DNA from: Hypanus sabinus
Lineage: Eukaryota
Length of the DNA stretch: 64,000 bases
Assembly (NCBI RefSeq): GCF_030144855.1
Contig: NC_082712.1
Coordinates: forward strand, 148,614,001 to 148,678,000
Reading direction: 5' to 3'
Positions 38,585 through 51,640 of the stretch are shown piece by piece. Position 1 is the first letter of the stretch, and each line of letters begins with the position of its first letter. Below the pieces are notes generated by a model. It made no database searches. It saw nothing but the letters and a program-made list of their open reading frames with translations, and was not told the origin of the DNA. A program made the position numbers and the translations under genes.

Positions 38585-40580
38585 TCATGGACTGTATACA
38601 GATTACAAAGGAGGAGATCTTTTCTGTCCTGAGGCAAATTAGGGTAGATAAATCCCTAGAGCCTGACAAGGTGCACCCCAAGGGAAGTGAGCAGAGATAC
38701 TTAAAACAACTTAGCCAGGGTGAGTTGCTGCAGGATTGGAGGATAGTTAATGTTCCATTGTTTAGAAAGGTTTTAAGAATAAACCAGGAAATTAAAGTTG
38801 GGTGAGCCTGACATCAGGAGTTGCAAAGTTTATAGTTCAAAGCTCATTTATTATCAACATATGCAGACTTTATACAACCTTGAGATTTGTTTCCTTACAG
38901 GCAGCTGCAAAACAAAGAAACCCAGTAAAAATGACCGATAAATACCCAATGTGCAAAGTTATCCAATAGTACAAACAATAACAAGTAAGCAAATAACATT
39001 TAGTACTAAAATTCATGAAACTGAGTTCACAGCCACAAAGCCAGTCATCACTACAGAGGGTACAGGAGCTCGTCAGTTACAGGCCACAGCCTTAGTTCAG
39101 TGCCAAGACCTTGCCGAGTAATGAGCTGAACATCAGCTTGCCGCTTTTCTCCTGCCCCGACACTGACTTTTTCAATCTGGCCGAGTGCTTAAATTGCCCA
39201 AGCCTTGGTTTGTTTGTCATTCTCAGACCCAGGCTCTGCTGCCTCGATACGCTGTCAGGCCTGGGCTTCGCTGCCTTGTTTCAGCCCATACTGACCTTTC
39301 CAATCTGGCCTGGCACTTAAATCGATTAAACATTGGATTGTTCCTCGCTCTTAGGCCTGGACCCTGCCACCTCAACTCTGCCTTGCTTCGGATCTGCTGC
39401 TTTGAATTGGCTCCAAGTCGGCTCCAGCAATGGACAACTTCACTCTCAGACCTATGTCCCACCACCTTGATTTGGCCCGCACACGTCACAACGTAACCAT
39501 GATGCACCTTTGAGATTTCAGTTCACACTGCAAAAATGCCAGGTCATACAGGCGATTCAAAAGCTTATTTACAAAAGGGAAGTCACAGTCTATTGATTGC
39601 AGTGATATTTTTCCAGGTAAAGTGTGATCAATAGAGTAGTTAGTAGTTTTGTATGCTGCCAGCAAGGCGTTATCTAAATTGGAAGCCCATTTGAAACAAG
39701 AAGTTATTGGAAGGTATTCTAAATAATTTGATATATAAGTATTTGGATTAACGGACTGATCAGGGATAGTCAACGTGGCTTTGTGCATGGTAGATCAGGT
39801 CAAACCAATTTCAAAGTTTTTCGAGTAAGTTACCGGGAAAGTTGATGAAGGCAAGACAGTGTATCTTGTCTAAATGGACTTTAGCAAGGCCTTTGACAAT
39901 GTCCCACTTGGGAGGTTGGTCAAGAGGGTGCAGTCAGTCACATGGCATTCAGGATGGAGGTAATAAATTGGATTAGACAGTGGTTTTGTAGAAGGCAGAG
40001 AGTGGTAGCAGATGGTTTCCTTTCTGACTGGCGGCTTGTGATCAGTGGTGTGCCGTAGGGATCACTGCTGGGTCCATTGTTTGTATTCTTTATCAACAAT
40101 CTGGATGTTAATGTGGTAAACTGGATCAGTAACTTTGTGGATGTCACCAAGGTTGGGGGTGTAGTGTACACCAAAGAAGACTGCCAAAGGTTGAAGCTGG
40201 ATCTGGATCAGTTGTAAAAATGGGCTGAGAAATAGCAGATGGAATTTACTGCAGTCAAGTATTGGATGTTGCACTTTGGGAGGACAAAGCAGAGTAGGAC
40301 TTAGACCATGAGTGGTAGCGGGAGTGTTACCACTCCCAGAATCATCTGGGAATATAGATACATAATTCCTTGAAAATGGTGTCACAGGCAGATAGGGTCA
40401 TAGAGAATGATTTTAGTACATTGGTCTTCATAAATCAAAACTTTGACCCCAGGAGCTGGGATGTTATGTCGAAGGTGTATAAGATACTGGCGAGGCCTAA
40501 TTTGGGATATTGTGTGCAGTTTTGGTCACCTACCTACTGAAAAGATGTCAGTAAGATTGAAAGAGTACAGAGAAAATTTA
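38585..40580 (+). mobile_element. Degenerate CR1 RT fragment split by an ~870-bp insertion (38831-39700)
   Basis: RT relic ..VSLTSGVAK| resumes as |LLEGIL.. at 39701, with AAGTT duplicated at 38826-38830 and 39701-39705. FSKAFDNVP and QFWSPTY relics follow. Confidence 0.7.
38835..39490 (-). repeat. Interspersed repeat family A (non-autonomous retroposon-like)
   Basis: Shares body and AATAAA-N-CTTTGAAC tail with 11430-11915 (+) and 55412-55862 (+). Confidence 0.55.
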
Positions 40581-41942
40581 TGTTGCCCATATATCTCCTT
40601 GTTACCATCTAAGATTCTGCTAACATCTGCGGTGTAATTGGCCAATTTATAAATGGCATTTGAGCTGTGCTTTGCCATGTGTATGGAGAGTTTAGAGAGA
40701 GTAGAGCAGTGGCTAAGCACACATTCTTGTGCTGTGCCTGTGTTGATTGCCAGGGAGGAAGAGATGTTAGCGCAAATACGCTACTTGAAAAAGTAACATT
40801 GATGACCATAATCTGTTTCCAAAATTCTCTCTCTTTCTAACCAGCACAGACTTCAAAAAGGTGAATTATGCTTGAATTATCTTGAAGAAGCAATAAAATG
40901 AGAAGATAAGAGATTTAGATGATATTGGATCAATTGTGTCCTGACCTGTTGCATGGCATAGTCTCAGTGTAATTCAGTGAGCTAATTTGCTATCGATTGA
41001 ATTGCACTTTAGTGAGCAAAGAGCAGTATGTAGCATGCTTAAGAGAATTAAACAAAACTAATGTTTGTCCAGGCTTACTAGTTTCCACATATTTATAGCT
41101 AGGGTGCCTAAGCTTTAGCATAGTACTGTATTTGTCAAGGTGGAGTGGAGAGCGAGTTTGTAAATCTGGCAATAGCAAAGGATGTTGGGAATGGTGATGG
41201 TGGAGCGCTGCGGGAGGTGTGTGGGACAGGTGGAAGGGAAGGAGTGCCGAGTGTTGGATTGGCGCGGGTGCAGACACACCCAGCCCTGAAACACCAGGCA
41301 ATGTCATTTGATTCTAAACAATTGGTTTATTGATTGTTATAGAATGCCTCTCTGTTGCCTCCCACTCCCTCCCCTCTCCGTTCCCTTTTTCCAATCCAGT
41401 CTACACTAGAGACCCATATCAGAATCAGGTTTATCATCACTCAGATAAATCATGAATTTTTTTTGTGTCAGCAGTACAGTGCATTACAGAAAATTAATAC
41501 AGTACGGTGCAAAAGTATTAGGCACCTAGCTACATATAGGCGATGAAGACTTTTGCACAGTACTGTATGTCCTATGTTTAAGAAATTACACTGATATTAC
41601 CATATCATTCTGAAGAAATTATGCAGATGTGAAGCTGCTGCTTAGAGGAGACATTTAACCACAGCTGTTTATGCCTTCTTGGACTGACACAAAAAATTTC
41701 ATGCCATTATCTGATGGGAAAAAATGTGATATTATCATCTTGATGTTTGTCACTTGTCCAATGTCATTGAAGATGTTTACCTGTTGCTATTCATGGACTC
41801 TAGCTGCATTTGAGATCCTTGTGCTCTGTACTAGAATTGTGCAAACAGATAGGAAAGCATTGTGGGGTGTCAAGATGACTGCGAGGGCTTGATGAAGGGA
41901 AATGTTTTAATGTTTGCTAAATCTTTTTTTATTCATTTAAGG

Positions 41943-42022
41943 CAGGGGTTCCCAACCTTTTTTATGCCATAAACCAATACCATTAAGCAAGGGGTCCATG
42001 GACCCCAGGTTTGGAAACCCTG
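41943..42022. mobile_element. hAT-type MITE, same family as 27191-27269 in opposite orientation
   Basis: TIRs CAGGGGTTCCCAA...TTGGAAACCCTG and an 8-bp TSD ATTTAAGG/ATTTCAGG. Confidence 0.85.
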
Positions 42023-42204
42023 ATTTCAGGGGTGTGGGCTTTGCAGTGGAACCAGCTTTAACTATCCATCCTTCATTGCCTTTGAGAAGGTGGTGGTGAG
42101 CTGCCTTCTTAATTGCAGCAGTCCTTGAGATGTGGATATACCCACAATGCCATTAATGAGAGAGGTCCATGTTATTGACCCAGTGGTGATGAAGAAACCA
42201 TGAT

Positions 42205-42826
42205 CAGGTTCAAGTTTAAATGTCATTCAGCCATACATGAATACAGCTAAACAAAACAGTGTTACTCTGGAGCCAAGGTACAGAATACAGTACCAATTGT
42301 CTTACACAGCACAAGGCACATATAAAATAGTAGTAATATACAGAAGAAATATAGTCCAAGTTGCTGAGTCCATGAGTGTTGCGGTAGTCTGCAATGAAAC
42401 ACAATATAATTTGCCTTCTGCCGAGAGAGCAATGGGGGACAGCACCGAATCCACCGTGGATACTGCACACATCGCCTCTGGTCTCCCATGAAGCCCACGC
42501 AACTCCAACGCCTCCCCTGGTCAGCTGCAGACAGGCAACACCACAGCTTGAGGCCTAGTCCTCACTGTGACTGATGCCATACAGCCTCCCTGCTAAGAAA
42601 CTAGTGAATTGGACTTGCAGTGTTCCATGCCACCATGGTCCTTACCAAGTCCAGTCTCCTTGCATCAATGAGCAACTTGCTAATGGAGTAGACCTGCAGT
42701 ACTTCAAGTTCTTAATGTCCAGGAAGGTCTTACGAATGTAACAAAACCATTTAACACGAGAATAAAACCTTCCGTTGACCCCATAGAAGCCGCTGCGTCT
42801 GTGCGCGCCGCCATCTTACTGGAACA
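42205..42826 (-). repeat. Interspersed repeat family B
   Basis: Minus-strand head AAGATGGCGGCG and tail ATGTATGGCTGAATGAC..TAAACTTGA shared with about 48940-49400 (+). Confidence 0.5.
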
Positions 42827-42954
42827 AGTACTGGTATACGGTCTTTTTAAGTCAGAATGGTATGTGGCTTAGAGGGCAACTCCCATGCTTTTGCTGCCCT
42901 TGTCCTTCTAACTGATATTGGGGTTAAGAGGAATTGTGAGTTAACAAAGTCCCA

Positions 42955-43135
42955 CTTTTGTGGCCAGCCCAGTGGCACAGCTGGTAGAACTGCGGTCTTA
43001 CAGTTCCTGCGACCCAAGATCATTTCCTGATTTCCAGTGCTGTCTGTGTAGAGTTTGCAAGTTTTCCGTGTGACTTCCTTCCAGTTTTCTATCATATCCC
43101 AAAACCCCTCAGATGGGTAAGTTAATGGGACTTCA
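42955..43135 (+). mobile_element. V-SINE-like element (degenerate)
   Basis: tRNA-like head GTGGCACAGCTGGTAGAACTGC followed by a V-core relic. Confidence 0.45.
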
Positions 43136-44259
43136 TGAGGAAGGGAGTGGAGTGTTTAAATGTGATTAGTACAAACGGGCTTCTAATGATTATTGTGGTC
43201 CGTGTGGGCGACATGATTTCATAGACCATGGCATTTTTTTGAAAAGGAATTACAAGTTCTTTCAGTTTAATAACCAGTATTTTTCCTCCTCAGTTAGTAC
43301 CACAAAAGAAGATACATCTAAGTTGCTGTTTGCAGTATCTATATTTTATTGACAGAGACATGTTTTAGAACATCATAGTGAATGAAGCACAGAATGATAA
43401 TTGCAAGTTCTTCATTCCTTTAGTGAAATATTGCACTTGAGTAAAAACAGCTCAATAAAAGATCATAAACAATTGATTTAGTTCTATTTACATTCCTACA
43501 CAATTATTTGTAAAAATACAGCCATACTGCAAAGAAATAATTTGCTCACTTACTTGATTGCATGTTTTCTTCAGGGGATCATTTTCACTTCTGATGTCAG
43601 TTATAACATCAACAAATAAATTGGGTAATTTATCTAAAGGTATTTTCTACTACTTTTTTGGACAAGCTTTAAAAACATGGCATCAGTTTATATGTATTCT
43701 AACTTAGTTATCAATGCTAGAAGTCAGACAATAGATACAAATGCTTCCTGTTACCAAACCACCAAGTTTTGCATAAATCATTGAGATTGCTTCATGTAAA
43801 CATTTTGTACTGGTTCATTCATGATTCCCCAGAGGAAAAAAATTGCAGAAGTTGGGTACCTGCTCTGTAATAGATTTTATCTGTTATGTTTTTAAATGCT
43901 TTGTGATTTAGTATCCTTGTTTCATTGTTAAAAACAATTAATTTTGAAAACATAAGCTATATTCGGATTCATTATTTGCTTTGTGAGTTTTTCCAATTAT
44001 AAAATACTCAATACTCAAAATATATGATTCTATCTATACTTTTTTATAATACTCATATTAATTCTCCCTTTACACTCCAGCTCACTGAAGATAAAAGCTA
44101 TCACTATATCAGACATCTTTATATTTGTTCACTAGATTTTATTCAGAGCTGTACTTAATATAAATATGTTTGCCATAATTCCTGAATTACCAGTATTCAG
44201 AAAATAATAGGTCCAGGATTGATTGGCCATGTATGCAAAGAGTCATAGAAAAGTGTAGC

Positions 44260-45345
44260 ATAGAAACTGGCCTTCGGCCCACCTAGTCCATGCCAAACCA
44301 TTTAATATGCCTACTCCCATCAACCTACACTGGGTCCATAGCCCTCCATATCTCATGTACCATGTACCTTTTCCAACTTCTCTTAAATGTTGAAATCGAG
44401 CTCTCATGCAGCACCTGCGCTGGCAGCTTGTTTCACACTCTCACAACCCTCTGAAATGGTTTCCCCTCTTTTCGGCTTAAACTTTTCACCTTTCACCCTT
44501 AACGATGACTTCTAGTTGTAGTTTCACCCAAACTGAGTGGAAAAATCCTGCTGACTTTTACCCAATCTATACGCTCCATTATTTTGTATATCTCTGTCAA
44601 ATCTCCACTCAATTTTTATGTTCCAAGGAATAAAGTCCTAAGCTGTTCAATCTTTCCTTATCACTCAGGTCTTCCAGTCCCAGCAACATCCTTGTAAATT
44701 TTCTCTGTACTCTCTTTCAAGCTAATTTACATACTTCCTGTAAGTAGGTGACCAAAACTGCACACAATACCCCAAATTAGACCTCACCAACATCTTATAA
44801 AACTTGAATATAACATCCCATCTCTTGTACTCAATATTTTGATTTATGAAGGTCAATGTGCCAAAAACTTCCTTTACAACTCTATCTACCTCTGCCACCA
44901 CTTTCAATGAATTATGGATCTGTTTTCCCAGATCCCTTAGTTCTACAGCACTCCTCCATACCTTACTGTTCACTATGTAAGACCTACCCTGGGTGGTCCT
45001 ACTGAAGCGCATTAAATTCCATCTGCCATTTTCCAGCTGGTTTAGATCCTGCAACAAGTTCTGATAGTCTTCCTCGCTGTCCACTCCATCCTAATCTTGA
45101 TGTCATCTACAAATATGCTGATGCGGTTAATGACATTGTCATCCAGATCATTAATATAGATGACAAACAACAACAGATCCAGCACCAATCCTGGCAGCAC
45201 TCCACAAGTCACAAGCCTCCAGTCAGAGAGGCAACTATCTGCTATCTCTCTCTGGTTTCTCTCACAAAGCCAGTGTCTAATCCAACTTCTGACCTTATCT
45301 TGAATGCCAAGCAACTGAACCTATCTGACCAACCTCCCATGCAGT
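44260..45345 (-). mobile_element. CR1 LINE 3' part (RT C-terminus)
   Basis: Minus-strand ORFs 45042-45314 (LLFVIYINDLD) and 44722-45084 (YCVQFWSPTYRK), followed by a CR1 3' end. Confidence 0.85.
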
Positions 45346-45831
45346 TGGATTTAACATTTAAAGGAGCAAATGTTTCAATGAGTGGATGATAACTAAAAGG
45401 GAATGCTGATCATTCATCAAATTTGCAGTTTGTGAGATTCTATTGTGTCCAAAATGTCTCCATGTTACAGTCTTGCACAATAAAAATGAATGCAATGTAG
45501 TTATTTATTTGTTCTTGAGCATGGTAAATGCAATTTTGATTTCCATTCTTTTACAACTAAACTGGAACAATGTCAATTAAAAGATAACCACTTAGTTAGC
45601 AATTCCTATTAGGTAGTTATCAAATTTAATTTCACCTAAAACACCTGGAATTAAAATGCTTGAACATTTGATTTGATATGGAGACTTCTTTCCTCTCAAT
45701 GCCCCCCCCCACCCTCACCTTAGATTTGCTGAAAATATCTGTGAATTTTGGTGCATTATGTCTTTTACAACATTTCTTTTCTATTCCAGAGTAATGCATA
45801 AAATACACTATTGTTTATGATTCTTTCAACA

Positions 45832-45934
45832 ATGGAGAAGGAAGGTATAACTTGTGATGCTTTGGAAAAGTTTTGCAGGAGCCATGAACAAACATATGAG
45901 GAATTTTTGGATTCATTTATTCACCTTAGCAAAG
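45832..45934 (+). CDS. IFTAP: IFTAP/NWC (C11orf74) first coding exon (exon starts 45790)
   Basis: Acceptor ttccAG at 45788-45789, then ATG 45832 reading MEKEGITCDALEKFCRSHEQTYEEFLDSFIHLSK, then donor AAAG|GTAAGC (phase 1). It resembles the conserved NWC N-terminus (recalled human [23 protein letters not shown]) and is syntenic with RAG2. Confidence 0.88.
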
Positions 45935-46384
45935 GTAAGCAGCTCTGTCAAATTGGATTAAAATTTAGTATTTCTTTTATTCATTGACAGGATGTGGACA
46001 TCCCTTTCTAGGCCAACATCTATTATCTACTTATAACTGCCTCTGAACAGAGAGTGGCTCATGAAGGCTATGGATTGGATTATGGGACTTGGTGTTGGGC
46101 TGTAAATAACATAGTTTTCTCTATGTAATGGTCTGAATGTATCAGAGCCTTGATGCTGGGGATGTTGGCCTGAATGAGCACAATGATGCTGTTTTGCTTA
46201 TCCTTCCAATGAACTTGGGGGATTTTGCTGAGCTGTGTTAGTGGTATTTTATCCAGTGCCCTGAGATGCCATCTATTGCCCATCCAGGAATACAGCGATC
46301 TCCAGTATGCCATGAGTTTTTCCTCATTTGACCAAAGGCAATAGAGAGGTGGTTTCTTATATGAGAGGTTCTCATGAATTTTTA

Positions 46385-46955
46385 TGAGACCATAACACAA
46401 TAGGAGCAGAATCATGCTATTTGTCCCATTGAGTCTGCTGCATCACGTCATCATGGCTGATCCATTTTCCTCTTGTCCTGTTCTCTTGCCTTCTCTCGGT
46501 AACATCTGATGTCCATACTAATCAAGAAGTTATTAACCTCTGTATGAAGTATAATCCAATAGCTTGGTCTTCTTAGCCATCTGTGGCAATGAAGTCCATA
46601 TATTCACTATCCTCTGGTGAAACAAATTCCTTTTAATCTCTGTTCTAAAGGGGTATCCCTTTATTCCGAGGCTATGCCCACTGCCCCTAGACTCCCCCCA
46701 CTATAGGAACTATCTTTTCCACGTTCACTCTATCTTGACCTTTCAGTATTTGATAGGCTTCGAAGAATCTCTCCTCATTCTTCTAAACTCCAGCAAATAC
46801 ATGTCGAGGGCCATCAAACACTTCTAATATATTAATGCTTTCATTCCCATGGTAATTCTCCTCTGGACCCTCTCTAATGCCTTCTTCTTTTAGATATGGG
46901 GCCAGAACTGCTTGCATATGTGGTCTGACCAAATGGTATATAAAGCCTTTTATTG
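46385..46955 (-). mobile_element. CR1 LINE 3' fragment
   Basis: Reverse-orientation CR1 ORF2 C-terminus and 3'UTR. Confidence 0.7.
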
Positions 46956-48618
46956 TCAGAGAGTCAGAGGGTAATGGAGGCTTCAGAGACAGTTTGGTAG
47001 AGGACCTGTTGAGGGGACATCTCGTTCTATCATATATTTCTGTTATTGAGTTGATGATGGATTAGAATTTGGACTGCCTGCATGCACAAACACACACATT
47101 ATCTGAGCACTATACCTTGACAACTGAGTTTCAATTTTTTGAAGTGAACTATGAAAAGTTTCTAATGATTCAGTACCACTCTTAAAGGACACATTAGAGA
47201 AAGAGTGAGAAAAGTTTTGGGGTACCACTGTAACCTAGACTGAGACAAGCTTTGTTGTAGACAGCACAAAATCTAGTTTTTGTGCTGTCATCAATCCAAA
47301 GTAAGATGGGAGTTGAATTTCTGTAGGTAGCCTAATTTAAGGAGTGTATTCCATAGTACCTCCTAGATTCAAAGGTTTAAAAGCTTTGTTAAGGCCATTT
47401 GTAGAATATGCCGCTGCTTTCTGCATTTTTCTTGGAGTTGAGTTGCATGTGAAGATTGTGTCATTGTGGATGCTATTGAATAGAGCCAGAACCCTGATAA
47501 TGACTTTTATTGTGACAATGATTTTATTATTAGGAGGAAGAAATCCACATCTGGATTTCTCTTCTTTCTTGAAGGTGGCTATGATTCTGGCAACTCTTAA
47601 ATTCCCTGGTCTATCTTGCTTTTCCCTTGAGGAGATTGAGACTGTGGATTGCTGCTTGAAATGTTTTATTGCCAAGTGCAATGGGACACCCAGGACTGTA
47701 ATCAATAGCAGAAATGAGGGTCTAGCCAAAGGTTTATACAACTGAAATTTGACTTACTGACTTTTCTACATAATATCCTGGCCAATGAAGGAAAGAATGC
47801 TTTGTAATGCCTTTATCATCTTATCTACTTGTTTTGCCACTTTCTGGGAACTCTGGGCATGGACTCCAAAATCCCTCTGTATCTCAATTCACTTAAAGGT
47901 GCCTTAGTTTTTGTTAGGTAGCATTAATAGTCCATTTTTAAAATTTAGATTTTGTAACTGTGCTTGAGGTTTATTGGTCTTCACAAATGGAAATCTAAAT
48001 TTCTGTCTTCCTCCATACTGAGTTTCTAATCTTAGATAATTTATAAATTTCTATTGGAGAAATTATTAGTATTTTCTGCAACATAATGAAGGTCATAAGG
48101 AACTGATCCCAAGGAAAACTGAATTTGTTCTTTTTCATAAATGGCAGAGGGCAAAATGTGTGTGGGGATTTTCTAGGTTAATGGTGCAATAAAATGTCAC
48201 CATGCTAGTATTGCATTGAGGAATCCACACTAAAATCCCGACACGTAAAATCTTCCTGTAAGATGGCAGTGCATGCGAACAAAACGGCTTTTTGCGGGGC
48301 CAACCAAAGGTGCTTTATTCTTTGTAAAATTTGTTTTTTACAATCTAAAGACAATTATACTCCAAGTACATTGGGTACTGCAGGCTACTCCATTAGTGAG
48401 CTGCTCGTTGATCAGAGTTCCTGGACTGGTGTCGGCAGCAGAGCTGGGTGAGATGTTGAAGGGGTCGGCCCCGGCGTTGGAGAGAGAGCTGGCTGAGGTG
48501 TTGAAGGGGCCAGTCGAGTTGTCAAAGGGGCCATTTGGGCTATGGGAGAAGCTAGTCAGGATATCGGAGGAGCCTGCTGGTGTGTCGGAGGTGCTGGTAG
48601 GGATATCAGAGGACAAAC

Positions 48619-48740
48619 AAGAGAGAATCTGCAGATGCTGGAAATCCAAGCAACAAAATGCTGGATGAACTCAGCAGGACAGGCAGCATCTATGGAAAAC
48701 AGTACAGTCAACTTTTCAAGCCGAGATCCTTTGGCAGGTC
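48619..48740. mobile_element. Penelope-like short repeat
   Basis: Same family as 22770 and 33633. Confidence 0.6.
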
Positions 48741-49485
48741 CTATTTTGTGGGTATATCAGAGGACCACCCTGCCGCCACCCCGGGATGTTGGAAGAACTG
48801 GTTTGGGTTCGGAGGAGCTGACCTGGCTGCAGACCGTGTTGCTGTCCGCTACTCAGAAGCATCGAAGTTGGTGCAGTATATCCATGGAAGATTGTCTTAG
48901 ACATTTGTCTTACGATTGCAAGACTCTTGGATAGTGATAATGTAAATTACTGCAGGCTTGTTACCCTGGTCTGATGGAGGGACAGTTGACAGTATCCTTG
49001 TTTATAATGAGAACTAGGCCACAAGCCTTGGGTTTGTCTGCTGTTGCGGACCAACTGAGAAGTGTGGAAGTCCTACAGCATGGTTGAGCTGTGCTGCGAC
49101 TGAGCCTTGCCCTTCAGTTTTGCTCTTCCATGTTTGAGTGGTGGAATAACAGGCTGGATTGTGTGCGTCTGTGTACTGTCAGGAGATTGTACCATTGATT
49201 GCTGGACATTGTTGCTCGGGGTCTTGGAGTGTATGTATATATTTTTTACTGAATATGCTTCTTTGAATTTGTTACTCACTTTTTTTTTAATGTTTGCCTG
49301 TTATTTTTTAATGCTTTGCACCTTGTCCCCTAAGGAATGCTGTCTTATTCAGCTGTATCTATGTATGGCTTGAATGATAATTAAACTTGATTTAATTCGA
49401 TTGACACACACAAAATGCTGTGTTCCACCAGAACAAAAGTAGTATTTAAGTTTCTGATTAAATATTAAGGTCTTTTTATTTCCAG

Positions 49486-49640
49486 AGGACACAAAGGAAC
49501 AAAATACAATACCTCTGACCATTGCGGAGATAGCAGAAGATGCTGGAAAATGCATAGATGTGAAGAAAGTTCTGACAAACTCTCCTGAGAAGGGAGGACA
49601 GTCACCTAAGGATGATAAAGAGACAAGTTATGAACCGGAG
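49486..49640 (+). CDS. IFTAP: IFTAP/NWC second coding exon
   Basis: Acceptor tttatttccAG, a 155-nt open frame that continues phase 1 (EDTKEQNTIPL...ETSYEPE), and donor GAG|GTACAT at phase 0. Confidence 0.75.
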
Positions 49641-49954
49641 GTACATAGGAGTTATATTAACTTATCGCTGCATTGACTTCTATCAGATTTTTAATGCAGA
49701 GGCAGTTCTTTTGGCATATAGGAAGAACAAGGGCAATAGAAACAAGAGTAGGCCATTTGGCATTTTGAGGTTGTTCCACGATTCAACAAGATTATGCCGT
49801 ATCTTCTACCTCCGTGCCATTTCCTGCACTATTTTCATACCCTTTGATTCTCTTACTATTGACACATCTCAGTTTTGAATTATCTCAGAGAGTGAGCTTC
49901 CAAAATTTCTTAGGGTAGAGAGTTCCAAAGATTCCCCACTCAGTGAAGATTTCT

Positions 49955-51640
49955 GAAAGAGGTGGCTGAAGAGGTTGTGGAGGCATTAGTAATGATCTTT
50001 CAGGAATCAATAGATTCTGGCATGGTTCCAGAAGACTGGAAAATTACAAATTTCATTCTTCAAGAAGGGAGAGAGGCAGAAGGAAGGTAATTATGGGCCA
50101 CTTAGTCTGACCTCAGTGGTTTGGAAAATTGCAAATTTCATTCTTCAAGAAGAGAGAGAGGCAGAAGGAGGGTAATTATAGGCCAGGTAGTCTGACCTGA
50201 GTGATTTGGAAGATGATGGAGTCAATTGTTAAGGATGTTGTTTCAGGGTACTTGGAGGCACATGACAAAATAGGCCTAAGACCATAAGACATATGAGCAG
50301 AATTAGGCCATTCAGCCCATCAAGTCTGCTCCGCTATTCCATCGTGGCTGATCCCGGATCCTGCTCAAACCCATAGACCTGCCTTCTTGCCATATCCTTT
50401 GATGCCCTGACCGATCAGAAAACTCTCAACTTCCGCCCCACAGATTCAGTAGTCTCTGGCTAAAGTTCCTCCTTTCCTCTGTTCTAAAAGGTTGTCCCCT
50501 CAATTTTGAGTCTATGCCCTCTAGTTCTGGATACCCCCCACCATATGAAACATCCTCCCCACATCCACCCTATCTAGTCCTTTCAACATTCGGTAGGTTT
50601 CAATGAGATTCTCCCCACATTCTTTTAAATTCCAGTGACTACAAGTCAAATGCTTCTCATATGTTAACCTCTTCATTCCCAGAATCATCTTCGTGAACCT
50701 CCTCTGGACGCTCTCCTTTCTGAGATATGGGTCCAAAACTGTTGTCAATACTCCATGTGTGCCCTGACTAGTGTCTTATAAAGCCTCAGCATTATCTTCT
50801 TGCTTTTATATTCTATTCCCCTTGAAATAAATGCCAACATGGTCAGCATGGTTTCCTTGAGGAGAAAACCTTACCTGATAAATCTGTTGGAATTCTTTGA
50901 AGAAATAAGAAGCAGGATAAATGAAGGAGAATTGGGAGTGGTTGTGTTTTTGGAACTTTAGAAGGCCTTTGTCAAGGTGCCACACATGAGTCTGCGTAAC
51001 ACATTTAGAGCCCATGGTATTACAGGAAAGATTCTAGCATGGATAAAGCAGTGACTGATTGGCCGAAATCAATGAATGGGAATAAAGGAAGCCTTTTCTG
51101 GTTGGCTGTCAGTGACTAGTGGTGTTCCAGAGGGGTCTATGTTGGGACTGCTTTTTAAGTTAAATGTTGATGATTTAGATGATGGAATTGATGGCTTTGT
51201 GGCCAAGTTTGCCCCAAGATAGATGAGGGAGGTGGGTAGTTTTGAGGAAACAGAGGCTAAAAAAGGACTTAGACATATTCGGATAATGTGCAAGGAAGTG
51301 TCAAATGGAATATAGTGTCAGTAAGTGTATGGTCATGCACTTTGATATAGGAAATAAAAGGGTAGACTTTTTTTTAAATGGAGAGAAAATTCAAAAATCT
51401 CAGGTGCAAAAGGGACTTGGGAGTCCTCATGTAGGATTCCCTAAATGATAATTCCCAGGTTGAGTTGATGGTGAGGAAGACAAATGTGATGTTAGCATTA
51501 ATTTTGAGAGGTCTAGAATATAAACGGGGAGAATACCGGAGTTTGGAGAGAAGAAGGAAAATGGATCAGCCATGATGAAATAGCGGAACAGACTCAATCG
51601 GCAAAATGGCCTAATTCTGCTCCTATATCTTATGGTCTTT
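49955..51640 (+). mobile_element. CR1 RT fragment interrupted by an antisense CR1 3' fragment (50280-50838)
   Basis: Plus-strand RT relic ...CATGACAAAATAGGCC| resumes at |GTCAGCATGGTTTCC. Includes an 85-bp tandem duplication at 50038-50210 and a CTTATGGT tail at about 51630. Confidence 0.75.
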
